From Pseudovirgaria hyperparasitica (taxonomy: Eukaryota): DNA of 64,000 bases. The notes under the pieces were generated by a model that saw only the letters and a list, made by a program, of their open reading frames with translations, did no database searches and was not told the origin of the DNA. This document shows positions 50,376 through 61,928 of the stretch, piece by piece. The position numbers and the translations under genes were made by a program. The stretch lies in NCBI GenBank assembly GCA_010093815.1, contig ML996571.1. The stretch is one strand, 5' to 3'. Position 1 is the first letter of the stretch, and every line of letters begins with the position of its first letter.

Positions 50376-52469
50376 CGTAGTAGTATTAGCTGAAGATAGA
50401 AGGGGCTTGATGCTTTGGCTACTCGATTGTTGACGCTTTGGTTGCATATTCGACTATCAGGACGAGTGTCAGGGCAAAGCAGGCCTGTAGAGCTCCAGTG
50501 TCGACGATTAGGACGTTTTCGTGCTTTGGGCTCACTTGCGATCACGGTATTGCTACCACTGTGTGAGAGATATTGCTGCGAACAAGTGTTACTAGATTTT
50601 GAACGGGTATCAAGAACGTGTGATTTGAGGAGGGCAGGAACAGTGATAAAAAAACTTGGACAGGGTAACTATCTGCTTAATATATGGCGACTATGCCAAA
50701 ATCAAAAACTCTGAAAGCCTGGGAGAAAGTGAGAAACGTGTTCTACCATCCTTTAGCGGCCCATGAGACATGATTGCTGGTAGTAAGCTCCACACTGACG
50801 GGTCTTCTCGCCAATCAGGGATTCAGGTCCTGAGGGATCGGATGAGATGGGAAGAGGTAGCGGTAGATTCGACGATTGCGATTGGCATATTTTGCAGCCT
50901 GGCGGTAATAATTGCAGCATGCCAACCAAGAATCGCAGAGAATCATGTTTCTACGGGTCGTTGAACTCATAGCGTTACATGTTTTGTGGTGTGGCATCTG
51001 GCTGGACAGACGTAGTAATTGAGATCTTTCAGTTGTATAGGGCTTGGAGGTGTATAGAGTCTTCGGCGAAATGATATTGCATCGTGCAAGATGCAATTCG
51101 CATGTATGAAAGTGAAAGGTACCTACAAACTATTGTAACAACGAAGTCCGGTTCAGGTTAGCGGGGGAGGGCTGTGCGGCGGGTCCGTGCGTACTTCTCA
51201 CACCTGCATTCTCCTTCTCATCCTCCATTTATTTTCTTCCGCGGTTACAACTCCGTTGCCCACACGCAGAGAACACATGCACACACACACACTCTCTCCC
51301 TATCTTTCTTTCTCTTCCTATTTCTCTATGTCTTTTTTTCAATTTCACGATATCTGACTGAGCGAAACGGCCAGTCTACTTTGTCCTGTCGAAGGCTTCT
51401 ATATGGACAATCGACAGCAGTAGAGTCACGGAACACGATGAAATATGCGACCTGTATCCCTGTTTGACCTAAGTGGTAGCTGTCATTCGTCTCATGGAAA
51501 CTCGCGAGCGTTCTAGCTGCATTTTGCCCTGGCAAAAGCAAAGAGCTTTCGAATTTGCTGATCAGAGATATATCAGCATCCACTTAGTCAAGGCATCTGG
51601 TATTGGCTGACATCTGCCTCTCTCAAAGTGGTCGTCGTATTGAGGAGCTATTCTAGAAGCAGTAAGTCGTCTCGTCACGTCCAATCATACCTCAAGCCCA
51701 TACTGTCGTCATGATGAACCACAGGTGGCCAGAAGAGGCCATGCGCGATTGCTGTTGGTGTTTCGACACTTTGACGGCGAGAGAACTTGGCCGATGCTTA
51801 AATCACCTCGAACAATCTTCTCACTTATGTTACTGATAATTTCGACGTCTGCACAAGCCTTCGCAAGACTCTTCTAGCAACTAATTAGTGGCTGACATCT
51901 TTACTGCTAGTGACCAGTCGGCACGCTTGGATCTGTCCTTGGCACCCGTTGGGATCTCCACTGCCAGCCTCCGCCAGCGTAGCTAATGCCTCCTCGCCTG
52001 CGAGCATAATGATTTCATAATCATTTAAAAAGGAATTCCACGTGAGAGTATTGCTGACTGGTATGCGAGGTCGAGCTCAAGACTCCGTTCTCCGTTATAT
52101 ACCTCGACCAATTGAGGATGGACATAAATCTTTGGAGTACAAATGATGCACCTCTGCAATTGTATGTCTACCGCATACTGAAATTTTATAATCCCTGCGC
52201 CCCTGCGCGGGCATCTCCGACCTGAGAATACCTATAGCCTCACGTCATTGCTACAGCTCAGTTCTAGCCTGTTGGTGCTAAAATCACCAGATATGTCAAT
52301 GTTACAGATTGATATGCTCAGACCTAGGTAGGTATACGCGGAGGATCTGACTACCTTTTGTGAAAACCAACACCGGCGAGAATTGCTACAATATGTGTGG
52401 CAACAAAAGAACGATCGCAGAGTATTCGTATGTCGAAGTAATGAGATAATACAGCACTATAAGCATATT

Positions 52470-52935
52470 CCGACGATATGGGCGCAGAAACAGCTTTCGG
52501 TCTGGATTTGACGGACTCGGGCTGCAAAATTATTGCGTCTATCTTCAAACATTGTTCGGCGCCGTCTCAGGTAACATGCGATCGAAGATAGCAGATCAAG
52601 TGCAGGTTAAGTAGAACTCCCTTAGTGGCTATTCTTATGAGAGTGTGACGGTCAAATTTCCGCGGTTTAAAGAATGGATATCGCTCTCTAGAAGGGCGCG
52701 CTCTTCTTGCAAGTCACGCGTGCTAACGCGGTCGACATCTCTTGAGACGGATTGTTTTATGTCATCCAGCTACATCTGGAGAAACGTGCCAAGTCCCTCA
52801 CTTATCAGTATCTCTGTATCCGCGTCCACGGGTTACCGGCGACTATGTGGCTAGTCTGCCCAGGGGACAAGCATTTGAGGGGTATTCTTGGGCACCGGAC
52901 CCGGGTCCAGAGTCGAAGCCGTCGGCTGGGAAATA
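52470..52935 (-). pseudogene. Possible decayed coding relic
   Basis: A single frame reads ...PWAD*PHSRR*PVDADTEILISEGLGTFLQM*LDDIKQSVSRDVDRVSTRDLQEERALLESDIHSLNRG... with scattered stops and protein-like composition. No family recognised. Confidence 0.25.
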
Positions 52936-53917
52936 ACAGTACAGACATGGAGAAGCCGACGATGCCGATGCCGCCGAATGCCGAAGGCTCTCCTTCGAAG
53001 GATCGTGGTGTGAGATAAAGACGCATTACGCCTATGCATACGATGGTGTGTGACCAAGATTGCAGAGGCAGGCTACTTGCTGCAGGCAAGCTGTAAAGGT
53101 GTCATTGTAAATCACTAATTACAGACAGAGGTCTACTTCAGATCGAAGAGTAAGAAAAATTCTTTAGAAATGAAGGTATGTAGCGTGTCGTTGAAGGCGA
53201 ATAATGAGATTTGACCAGCACTTGAATATATATTCATTTGACGACGCGGCCTATTGCGGATGCTGTGCTAACGATACGCTATACCGCAAGCATACGCAAC
53301 TTACCGCAAACGAAACTATGTGAAGCTTGACTTTACCTTCCTAGTGCTTCCTAATCATATACTCCATAAGTGCATCTAGTTACAGAGCATGTATTCACCC
53401 AGGAAATCATCCGGATGTCTGAGGAACTTACCCAATTGGCCGATTCGCAGGAACAAGTGTTTAGTTGGCTTTGATGGCAGGACCACATGGCACTATCAAT
53501 GCTCTTGACGAGTTGATATGTTTACACTGCCATGTCTATAAGAAGGCACGCGAGCGCGCATCTTTTCCTCCTTATCTTCATCTCACATCATACAACATAC
53601 ACAATAGAATGACTCATTTACAACTACTTTACTTCCAACTCCTAACGTTCAAAGTAACATCATCGTAAGTTGGAGATCCAATTCCTGAGCTTACAACATA
53701 TGGTCGTACACATCTCTTTGCCACGAGGGAGACGACTATACAATGTCACTTCAACATCGCGCACTTTTACCTGATCCAAACATCTATATTGCTTGCCTCC
53801 AGCAGATGTTTACTGTGTTTCATCTCCTTGAAGCAGCACATTTCTACGTATTTATTGCAGCTCTAGGCAGTTTCACTGACTTCCAGCTTACAGAATACTA
53901 TTACCTCCATCTCCACA

Positions 53918-54514
53918 ATGAGATTCTTTCCCACAATCATGGCATTAGTCTTGGCAGTCAGTGCACTGCCAAACAAGGGGACCTCGACCGGGGACCTCAT
54001 GATCAGTGCCGATATAGCGGCAGAAAGTACGGCGCTCGCCAAGAATATCGAGTGCAATCCCAAGATGCTGCGCGGAGCCAATCGCGACGGCATCAAGCAA
54101 TGCATCAAGTATCTGCGTAACCAAAGGGAGGCAACTTGCCTTGCACAAAGGAGCATGAACACATACTGCGACTTTCCTGAGATGCGGCTCGAGGTGTGGG
54201 CGGCGGGCCTAGAGGAACGCTTGGCCGAGCAGAATGAAGCACCTCCCTATAACCATATACCGTACCAGCAGGGAGCATCATGGTAAGTGATGCTTTCATC
54301 TCTTTCAAGCTCCGACTAATGAGTACTTCTAGTGCCGATGTTGCGAATGGTCTCGCGGCCATATTGAAAACTTGTAGCGCAGGCAATGATTTGGATGTCA
54401 GCGGTATGTCAACAAGGACTGATAGCAATTGGCAAATGGATCACTGACACCCAGACAGGCACTGGCCCGGCTATGCCGAATGAGAACTTCATGTTGAGGG
54501 TATTCGCGCCCTAG
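53918..54514 (+). CDS. Small secreted cysteine-rich protein (effector candidate), 3 exons
   Basis: Signal peptide MRFFPTIMALVLAVSA. Introns at ~54283-54332 and ~54404-54458 give ...GASCADVANGLAAILKTCSAGNDLDVSGTGPAMPNENFMLRVFAP*. Six Cys in total. Confidence 0.8.
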
Positions 54515-55695
54515 ACTAAGTTTTGTCAGAACCTGGCAGAAGTATGTCAATTTCAGCGATATCGAGTGTATTAAGGGTCGCGTTTGCGATATTATAGAAA
54601 TCTGTAGTTGTATTAATATAGTTTGGACGATAGACTGTAGAGAGAGAGGAAGGTTGCATGTGTTAGTTATATACGCAAGTAGAGCTTGATCACGTCTGAC
54701 CAGTAGTAGAACCATTCGTTTCTATCTTCAGTCATGTAGCCTATAAAGATGATAGTAGAATATATCGTCGCAGGTCTATGGTCTATCAATGACACCAGCT
54801 TGGCGAAAGCTCTCGCACGATTGCATTGATTACATTCGATCTGCTAGATGTCGGAGACCGCCTAGATGTGGCACGGGTATATCTTGCTTGTGTCAAGTCT
54901 CATGCTGCAAACGACCCTGGAAGAACAGAACAAAATCCTACTTGCCAACGAGTCGCGTCAAGAGTCTATCACAGCAGACCTGGATGAGGTGCATGTTTGA
55001 TGAGTTGAAGCAAATATCTATAGCAAGAATTTCCACACAAGTTTTATGGGAAAGGCCAGACCAACCCCGGAGGTTTCACCAGCCCAGTTGGCCCCACTGC
55101 AGCAAAGATCACGCCACTCTCACCTGTTCTTCCCTTGTGTCCCCCTACCATTTTCCGTATCGTTCCGTCATGAAAGGCGGGCAAGAGGGTGCTTAAGAAA
55201 CGAAGATGACAATGGGCCAATCGTTCATCTCAGCGCATCATAAGTGCCGCTCGTTACGTGCTGGATACACTGCCACTGCCTGCAAAACAACCGGCAGGTT
55301 GGTACGGGTGATGTCTGGCAGCTTCTGCAAGACTGTATGACAGCCAAGATTGGCATTGAGTGCGCGTATTTCTTCAAACATCTGCCTGTCTGCTAACGGA
55401 AGAAAGAAGTCTAAGTAGGATCTTCACCTCCGAGTTGCAATACTTCGTTCCAGCACTCTAACATCAGCAGAGTAGACTCTACCGCATCTAATAAGGTGAA
55501 TACTGAGTTTGAGTCCTGTAAGTATGCGCAATGAAGCGATACCAGCCACTGTGCGCTCACCGGGTTGGTGTTGTGGCTGAATCCACTTAGGATACACTCA
55601 GCTAGTCAGTGGCCAGTATCGGACCAGACTCGCCTGATATACAGCTATCTTTAGCTCGATCGCAACCGTTTCCCAAGTCTCTTTCGGGTTTAAGC

Positions 55696-56820
55696 ATGTC
55701 GTTGAACTGGGATGAGTTTCTTGTTGGTGATGCCTTCGACTTCCCGCAATGGCCTGAGTCGGCAGAGTACAAATCGATGCCACCGCTATCAACCAACACC
55801 GACTTGCACACAGCGAATGACCCCCAATCATATGGCTATACGCCTTACGAAGACAGCACATACGAGCAGTGCGAGTACACAACACTCCCAGACAGTTCAC
55901 GTCGCACGTCGCGACCTCTGCAAAGCGATATCAATTTCGGCCCGGCCAAACCAGACCCAACAAAGATGGCCGTAATCCATGAAGATAATAACCCTTCCAT
56001 TCCATCGAAACTTGAGACTCAAGAAAGCCCCTTGACGAAGCGAACCAAAAACAGCACCGATAACATCTCAGCATGCTGGACATCCCCCCTTTGCCCAAAC
56101 AACCACGGTCAGGGAGAGTCGCCTCCTGACCCAGCAAGCTGCGGAGGCGGATGTGCTCCATTCCTATTCGGAGACCCGCAAGACTCCCCAGCATCAGCAC
56201 TCAACGACACCATCCCCGCAAACGAAATAAGCATCGACCCAGACACCCTCGAACCGCCAGCCAACCTGCCTCCATCACACCAGCATCTAAAGCGCAGCGA
56301 CAGCAACCGCAGCGCCCAACCCCAAGGCAGCCGCACCACCACAACCCAAACCCCACCCAAACCAGAGCACTCCAACATCACCTCCAGCAACAGCCCCCCG
56401 GCCGACGACCCATCCCCAGAAGCACCGCACGACCACTCATCCTCTTCCTCCTCCCACGCCAAACCACCCAAACGCCAACCGCACAACCAGGTCGAGCGCA
56501 AATACCGCGAATCGCTCAACACCCAGCTCGAGTCCCTCAAGAAGGTCGTGCCCAGCCTGAAGCCCAAGACGCCGTGCGCCGCCGCCGTCGTCCAACCGGA
56601 TGATATCGAGGATCTGCCGGCGCCGAGTAAGCCGTCCAAGGCCGTCATCCTGGCGAGCGCGACGGCGTATATACGGCAGATGGAGCGGGATAAGCGCGAC
56701 ATGGCGGATGAGATTGAGGGGTTGCGGAGGAAGGTTGCGGCGCTGAGTGCGTTGGTCAAGTGTGAGGACTGTACGGTGATGCAGTATGTCATGAATCTGA
56801 ATTTGGGGATGGCCAAGTGA
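55696..56820 (+). CDS. bHLH-zipper transcription factor, SREBP-type (Tyr in the basic region)
   Basis: HNQVERKYRESLN...LKKVVP...KPSKAVILASATAYIRQM followed by a zipper. First ATG at 55696. No transmembrane segment. Confidence 0.9.
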   Translation: MSLNWDEFLVGDAFDFPQWPESAEYKSMPPLSTNTDLHTANDPQSYGYTPYEDSTYEQCEYTTLPDSSRRTSRPLQSDINFGPAKPDPTKMAVIHEDNNPSIPSKLETQESPLTKRTKNSTDNISACWTSPLCPNNHGQGESPPDPASCGGGCAPFLFGDPQDSPASALNDTIPANEISIDPDTLEPPANLPPSHQHLKRSDSNRSAQPQGSRTTTTQTPPKPEHSNITSSNSPPADDPSPEAPHDHSSSSSSHAKPPKRQPHNQVERKYRESLNTQLESLKKVVPSLKPKTPCAAAVVQPDDIEDLPAPSKPSKAVILASATAYIRQMERDKRDMADEIEGLRRKVAALSALVKCEDCTVMQYVMNLNLGMAK

Positions 56821-57003
56821 GATGGCTTGGAAGGTGATGCTCCCATTTGAGGCGGGACGTGGCGTTGGTGTCTCTTCCATTAAGAACGTCGGCATTTGGT
56901 GGTCATAGGAGGCTATAAAGATTGTAATCGTGCTGGTTGACAAGACCACAAAAAGCGTAAGTCCGCCGGATATGAAATATCAGCTTAGTATCTTATCTCC
57001 ATC

Positions 57004-59685
57004 TCAATCCCTTAGATTCTCGACCAAAATCCATATCTCATCGGCAACATCCACGTTACTTCTCTCGTTGCTCCTTTCACTCGGCATGTTGGCCATCTCC
57101 GCCTCTGATATCATCGCCCGCGCCGCTGCCTTCTCATCAACCTCCAACCCACCCGCCACGCTCGCACTCGCACTCATGCCCACAGGCACCCCCTTCTCCA
57201 TACTCCTGTCCAGCTCCCTCTCCATATCCTTCCTCCACCCTTTCAACTCCTTGACACTCGCCTTGTACACATCCCTAATCCTCTTCCTCTCCTCCTTCCA
57301 CCTCCTCCTCTCCGCCTTGATATCCCTCCTGCCCTTGCCCCTCGCCCGCACACCTCCACCAGTCGCGAGCTCGACATCCGCAGCGGCGGTGCCAGACACG
57401 AGCGCCCTATGTGCTGTATGCAGGCGCACGCGGTACTGCTTGTGCAAGTCACGCTCCATAGCGCGCACCTGGCGGTGAATATCCCGCTTGGCGACGCTCT
57501 TCGCATGTTTCGTAGTTGCTTTCTGTAGGTCTTTCTGAGCCTTGGCGAGGGCGTGGGCGCGGTCGGCTTCGATTTGGATGGTGGGTATGTGTTTGGACTG
57601 TGACGTGGCGGCGCGTGCATTGATGCTGGCTATGCGTTTGAGGTGCTCTTTCTGGGCGGTCTCGAGAGATGAGGATGAGGATGCGGATGAGGATGATGAT
57701 GAGGAGGACGAGGAGGATATGGAGAGGGCGTCGTCGTTGTCGTTATCATTGTCGTCGACTATGCCGGTTTGTTGGGCATTTGTAGAGTGTCGCGTATGTG
57801 GTCCGCCGGGTCCGGCCAAAGAGACGTGGTGTGCACCGCGTGCAAGCCATGGGTTTCCATATGGGCGGCATCCGCCTCCCCAGGCGCCTCCTCGTCCGGC
57901 ATATGGACCAGCAGAGCCACCGAACGGAGCAGTACCGAATGGACCACCGAATGGCGATCTTCCAAAGGGACCGCCAGGTCTACATACAGCACCAAATGGA
58001 CCGCCGAACGGTGCACGGCCAAACGGTCCTCCCATCGAGGGTCCCCAACGGTTACCATAGCCTCGTCGCGCTCCCTGTGCACTGCTCTCTGCGGACGAGG
58101 CTAGATGTCGGGAGAGTTCCTCAGCATGCTGCGCAGCGGCCTGACCGAATGCTTCACCCTTTTTAGCCATGTCCTGGCCAAACTGCTCGCCCCATTTGCC
58201 GATGCGTGCGCCAAAATCTTCGCCCCAGGCAGCCAATGTCTGGTTGTTTTTGCCGCTGGCTGACTCAGGGGTATCTCGTACCGGGTTGGCTTCGAGAGGG
58301 CGAGGAGCGTGTGGGTGGTTTGAGGGAGAATTCGGTACTGGTCCAGCGTCAAGTTCGAGGGGTTCACGCTCGGCAGGAAGTTCGGAGTGGACGTGGTGTG
58401 GGACATCGTTCTGAACAGGAGAGTGAATTGCTGGGTTGGGCAGCTCTTGAACTGAACGGGTTGCTGGGAGCTCGGATTGTGCGGAATGGTACACAGTTGA
58501 CTCGGGGACACTCTCCTGAACACTTCGGGCAGAGACCGTGTTGGAACGTCGAGGAGCCAAGTGCGCAGCTTGAGCATGCAAAGCAATGGTCTGGGATCCT
58601 GGTTCGGGCACATCGAAGCTGAGAGGTTCGGCAGATGGGTTGAGAACATCTGCTTTCTGCTTTGGATCAGACTCGAATGACCTAATACTCAGAAGAACTT
58701 GACTGATCCGCTCTTCATTGAGCATTCCAAGGGCTGCTAGAAGAGAGCGCAGATCGCTGAGCCTGACTTTCAGACCCCGAGGGGCGAAGAAGCCTTCATT
58801 TGCACCAGCAAGATAGGAAGCCAGGAGACACTCCGAGTTGTCAAATTCAGCCGCATTCTCCGAAGAGAAGCCTTCAAGGCGACAGATGACATTGAGTCCA
58901 TCTATGAAAGCAGCGAATTGCTCAGGATTGATGGCGTGAAAATTGAGTGCTTTGCTGTATGCCCTCAAGAATTGTGTGGATCCGTTTACTAGCGAAGATG
59001 GTGGGATTGCAATTTTCCGCGAGAGTTCTGGCGCTCTTTGGACATCCGGGTCTGGTTCTGTCAAAGTGAATGATAATGCTTGCTCCAGAATATTCTCCCT
59101 CGGGTCTCGGTGCTGTTGGGCGGGCTGTGCATTCCGGACGCCAGATGTGACCGAGCCATAGCTAGGTAGCTGATTTACAGCAATATTCGATTGCTGTCCA
59201 GCTGCAGTGTCATCCACAGGAATATTGTCCCTGCTCACATTGCCACGTCCTGAGACATGGGTGTTTTGATTGCTGCTCAGAGGAATGGGTAAGGAATCAT
59301 CGTATACCATTCGATTCAAAGAGAAGCTTCGCTGTAGGTCGCCCACGTCCCCATCTGGCTGGACACGTGTTTCAGCTGGAGGCGCGCGATAGAGACTAGA
59401 ACCATTCCCTGAGGGGACCGAGGCTTGCGCTTGCTCGTAGGTTGGAGGGAGGTCATCATAGTGAGGGCCGTCTTCTGAAGCTTCGGGAGTATGGATGTGT
59501 TGTGCACTGTCGCCAAACTCGGAATCGGACTCGTAATGCGTCGTTGAGCGAGGAGTGAATGGAGGATTCGAGTTTGATAGTGTCCTGTTGTTTGCTGTGT
59601 TTGGGGTGAGAGGAGAGACTAGACCGGCCATGTCGGTTGGGTTGTTGTGGTCCATGACTGAGGGGCTGAGGGGGGAGCTTGCCAT
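57004..59685 (-). CDS. Uncharacterised 893-aa low-complexity protein with a PY motif, central globular domain, GGPFG repeats and a basic coiled coil
   Basis: Long intact ORF with LPPTYE, IAIP...FLRAY...FIDGLN...NEGFFAPRGL, Gly/Pro/Phe repeats, poly-Ser and a K/R/E-rich C-terminus. Confidence 0.82.
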   Translation of the reverse strand: MASSPLSPSVMDHNNPTDMAGLVSPLTPNTANNRTLSNSNPPFTPRSTTHYESDSEFGDSAQHIHTPEASEDGPHYDDLPPTYEQAQASVPSGNGSSLYRAPPAETRVQPDGDVGDLQRSFSLNRMVYDDSLPIPLSSNQNTHVSGRGNVSRDNIPVDDTAAGQQSNIAVNQLPSYGSVTSGVRNAQPAQQHRDPRENILEQALSFTLTEPDPDVQRAPELSRKIAIPPSSLVNGSTQFLRAYSKALNFHAINPEQFAAFIDGLNVICRLEGFSSENAAEFDNSECLLASYLAGANEGFFAPRGLKVRLSDLRSLLAALGMLNEERISQVLLSIRSFESDPKQKADVLNPSAEPLSFDVPEPGSQTIALHAQAAHLAPRRSNTVSARSVQESVPESTVYHSAQSELPATRSVQELPNPAIHSPVQNDVPHHVHSELPAEREPLELDAGPVPNSPSNHPHAPRPLEANPVRDTPESASGKNNQTLAAWGEDFGARIGKWGEQFGQDMAKKGEAFGQAAAQHAEELSRHLASSAESSAQGARRGYGNRWGPSMGGPFGRAPFGGPFGAVCRPGGPFGRSPFGGPFGTAPFGGSAGPYAGRGGAWGGGCRPYGNPWLARGAHHVSLAGPGGPHTRHSTNAQQTGIVDDNDNDNDDALSISSSSSSSSSSSASSSSSLETAQKEHLKRIASINARAATSQSKHIPTIQIEADRAHALAKAQKDLQKATTKHAKSVAKRDIHRQVRAMERDLHKQYRVRLHTAHRALVSGTAAADVELATGGGVRARGKGRRDIKAERRRWKEERKRIRDVYKASVKELKGWRKDMERELDRSMEKGVPVGMSASASVAGGLEVDEKAAARAMISEAEMANMPSERSNERSNVDVADEIWILVENLRD

Positions 59686-60337
59686 GGATGGTGGGGCAAA
59701 GCGGAATATAATGAATACGTATGTTCAACTCGCCGGGCCAAGATAGACTGAGTGGTAGTAAGATGCGAAAGTAAAGAGTGTAAGAGAAGTGATAATTAGT
59801 AGTTATTATGTATCCTTGTATAGCAGAAGGAAGCCTGACTTAGGCTCATTAGCTGGGGACCGCGTCACCAGCTAACATTACGTAGATCTTCACAAGGCGG
59901 TGCAATTGTCTCCCCGCTGCCTGACTTCGTGGCTTGCCTCGGCCGTAAACAATTGCGCGTCCTCTGTTTGTTTGGTGTTCCAGCTGGGGCCAATCTATAT
60001 CTTGATGCAACTGTTGGAACTGCTAACAGAATAAGGATCAATATCATGCTGCGAGTGACGCATTCGCTAAGCTTTGTGGGTCGCAAGGAGTTGGCAAAGC
60101 TTATTCACATCTACGACCATAAGCTGTCCATTCGATCCCATGACTGACCTGGTATGCAGCAAGTTTCGATTCAATTATTGTCATATTAGGGCTTCAGATG
60201 TTAGTAGTCGTATGGGTGCCAAATCGCAGCCAAGGTGTCAAAGTGCTCGCTCCTACACGTAACGCCATGCTCATGATGCTCCAAACACAGACAACCTTGG
60301 GTATCCACCACACCGTTCGAACGGTAAAAGAAGCCAA

Positions 60338-61542
60338 TCAACAGCATCCACCTCTTCTTGGCCTCCTAAAGACATCTCCCCAGTCGCCCAAGGAAACCGT
60401 CCCCTGCTTCCCTTTCCTCCTTCTTCTCCGCGTGCCTCCATCGTCGAAGCTCATGCTTGTTCCACTCTTTATGCTCCCTCCATCTTCTCCCCAGAATCCC
60501 CCACTGTCGCCGTATTGTATTCCACTCGCTGGATCATCTGGATCAATCTCTCCTAGCTCAATCTTTGTCAATATCATCCGAGCCAGTCTATTGAATAGCT
60601 CATCCACCCCATCTGCAGTGTAGGCACTGACTTCCACACATACTGGTATAGACACCGCGGGTGATCCTGCCCATCGCGAAGCAGTCTCGACGGGGACCTC
60701 GCGACCGTATGGCGCAGTACTCATTGTAGATTGTGTTCCCAGACCAGAGTAACTTCTCGATACCTTCGGTGTTCTTGGTGTGGGTGACGATGCTGAGTAA
60801 TTGTCGTTCAAATACATTGATGACGATTTCGAGGACAAGCTCGAAGGCGTGTGGGGAGGCAGCGGATCTACACTTTCATTTTCTATATCTGCCTTGTTAC
60901 CAGCCAAGATAACAGTAAGATCTGGAGATGCCAGAGCGCGTGCATCGTTAAGAAAGGTTGGGAGGGCTTGGAAGGAGGCGATCGAAGAGACGTCGTAGAC
61001 GAGGATGGCACCAGCGGCGCCGCGATAGTAAGACCGTGAGACGGACCGGAAGCGTTCAGTACCTGCCGTATCCCAGAGCTTCATTGTATGAGTTCTTGAT
61101 CTGTCCTGTCTTGTTTCGTGTAAATACCTGCAGTTTTATCCGTTTTCTACGTGTGCCTGTGCCGATCTTGACAATCTTTGAGGCGAACTCAACGCCGATA
61201 GTCTGAGAGGATAGTATTCGCCCTGAAACAGGATCAGCAGTGCCCCTCCCACAGCTTGGACGACTCCATACACTCATTCTTTACGAAGCGGTGCAGTAAA
61301 CAAGACCTGCAATGATCAGATCTCCAAATCCCGAATGCCAGTCCCTTTAAAAAGGCTCACGTACTTTCCACATCCACTAGGACCCAGCAGTATCACCTTT
61401 GCGAGGTAGTCGTACATGCCCCCGAGCTCCTGCTTGCTTATCAGTCTATAGTTCCGCATCGCTTCAAGAGATAGGGTTGTACCTGGTCTCGGGCTGGCTC
61501 CGAGGTCATGGACACGTTTGACGGAGCACGTTTCCGTGCCAT
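60338..61542 (-). CDS. Rab4-like small GTPase, multi-exon
   Basis: YDYLAKVILLGPSGCGK|S, TIGVEFASK, LWDTAGTERFRSVSRSYYRGAAGA, GNKAD, EVSA and a C-terminal GGCC prenylation signal. Confidence 0.9.
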
Positions 61543-61928
61543 TATGAAAGGGGGGTGTGAAGTTAGATATCGGACGTTGTCGTCGAAGATGGACACAGGC
61601 TGAACAACTACCCTGATCCTGATATGAATATGGATCAAGGGTCCGGGTGCACCTTGAAAGTTGGCGTCGTGGCTGCAGATAGGTGGGTCCAAGCGGTGGG
61701 TCGGGCGGCCGCGGTTGACGTCGCAATTCTGGAGCTTGTGATTCCTCCGAATTCTGATGATTAACTCAAGTTCACTACATACTATACAACCTCACGCTTC
61801 AAGCTTCAGTCTGTTCCAGTTGTTTCACCCGGATATCTGGGTTCCACGATCTCGAAAAGATGCTAGCTCATCAGTCTCAGCTCTTCGCTACTTAAGGCGC
61901 TCCTCAGCCCATCCAGTCACTAATTACA

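Noticed and set aside
25808..52335. Scattered CCTAGG(TA) motifs (~25809, 31999, 42506, 52323)
   Set aside because: Short, irregularly spaced and without shared flanks; no evidence of an element or array.
56109..58649. Many long overlapping alternate-frame and antisense ORFs
   Set aside because: Explained by high GC and low complexity within the bHLH and 893-aa genes.
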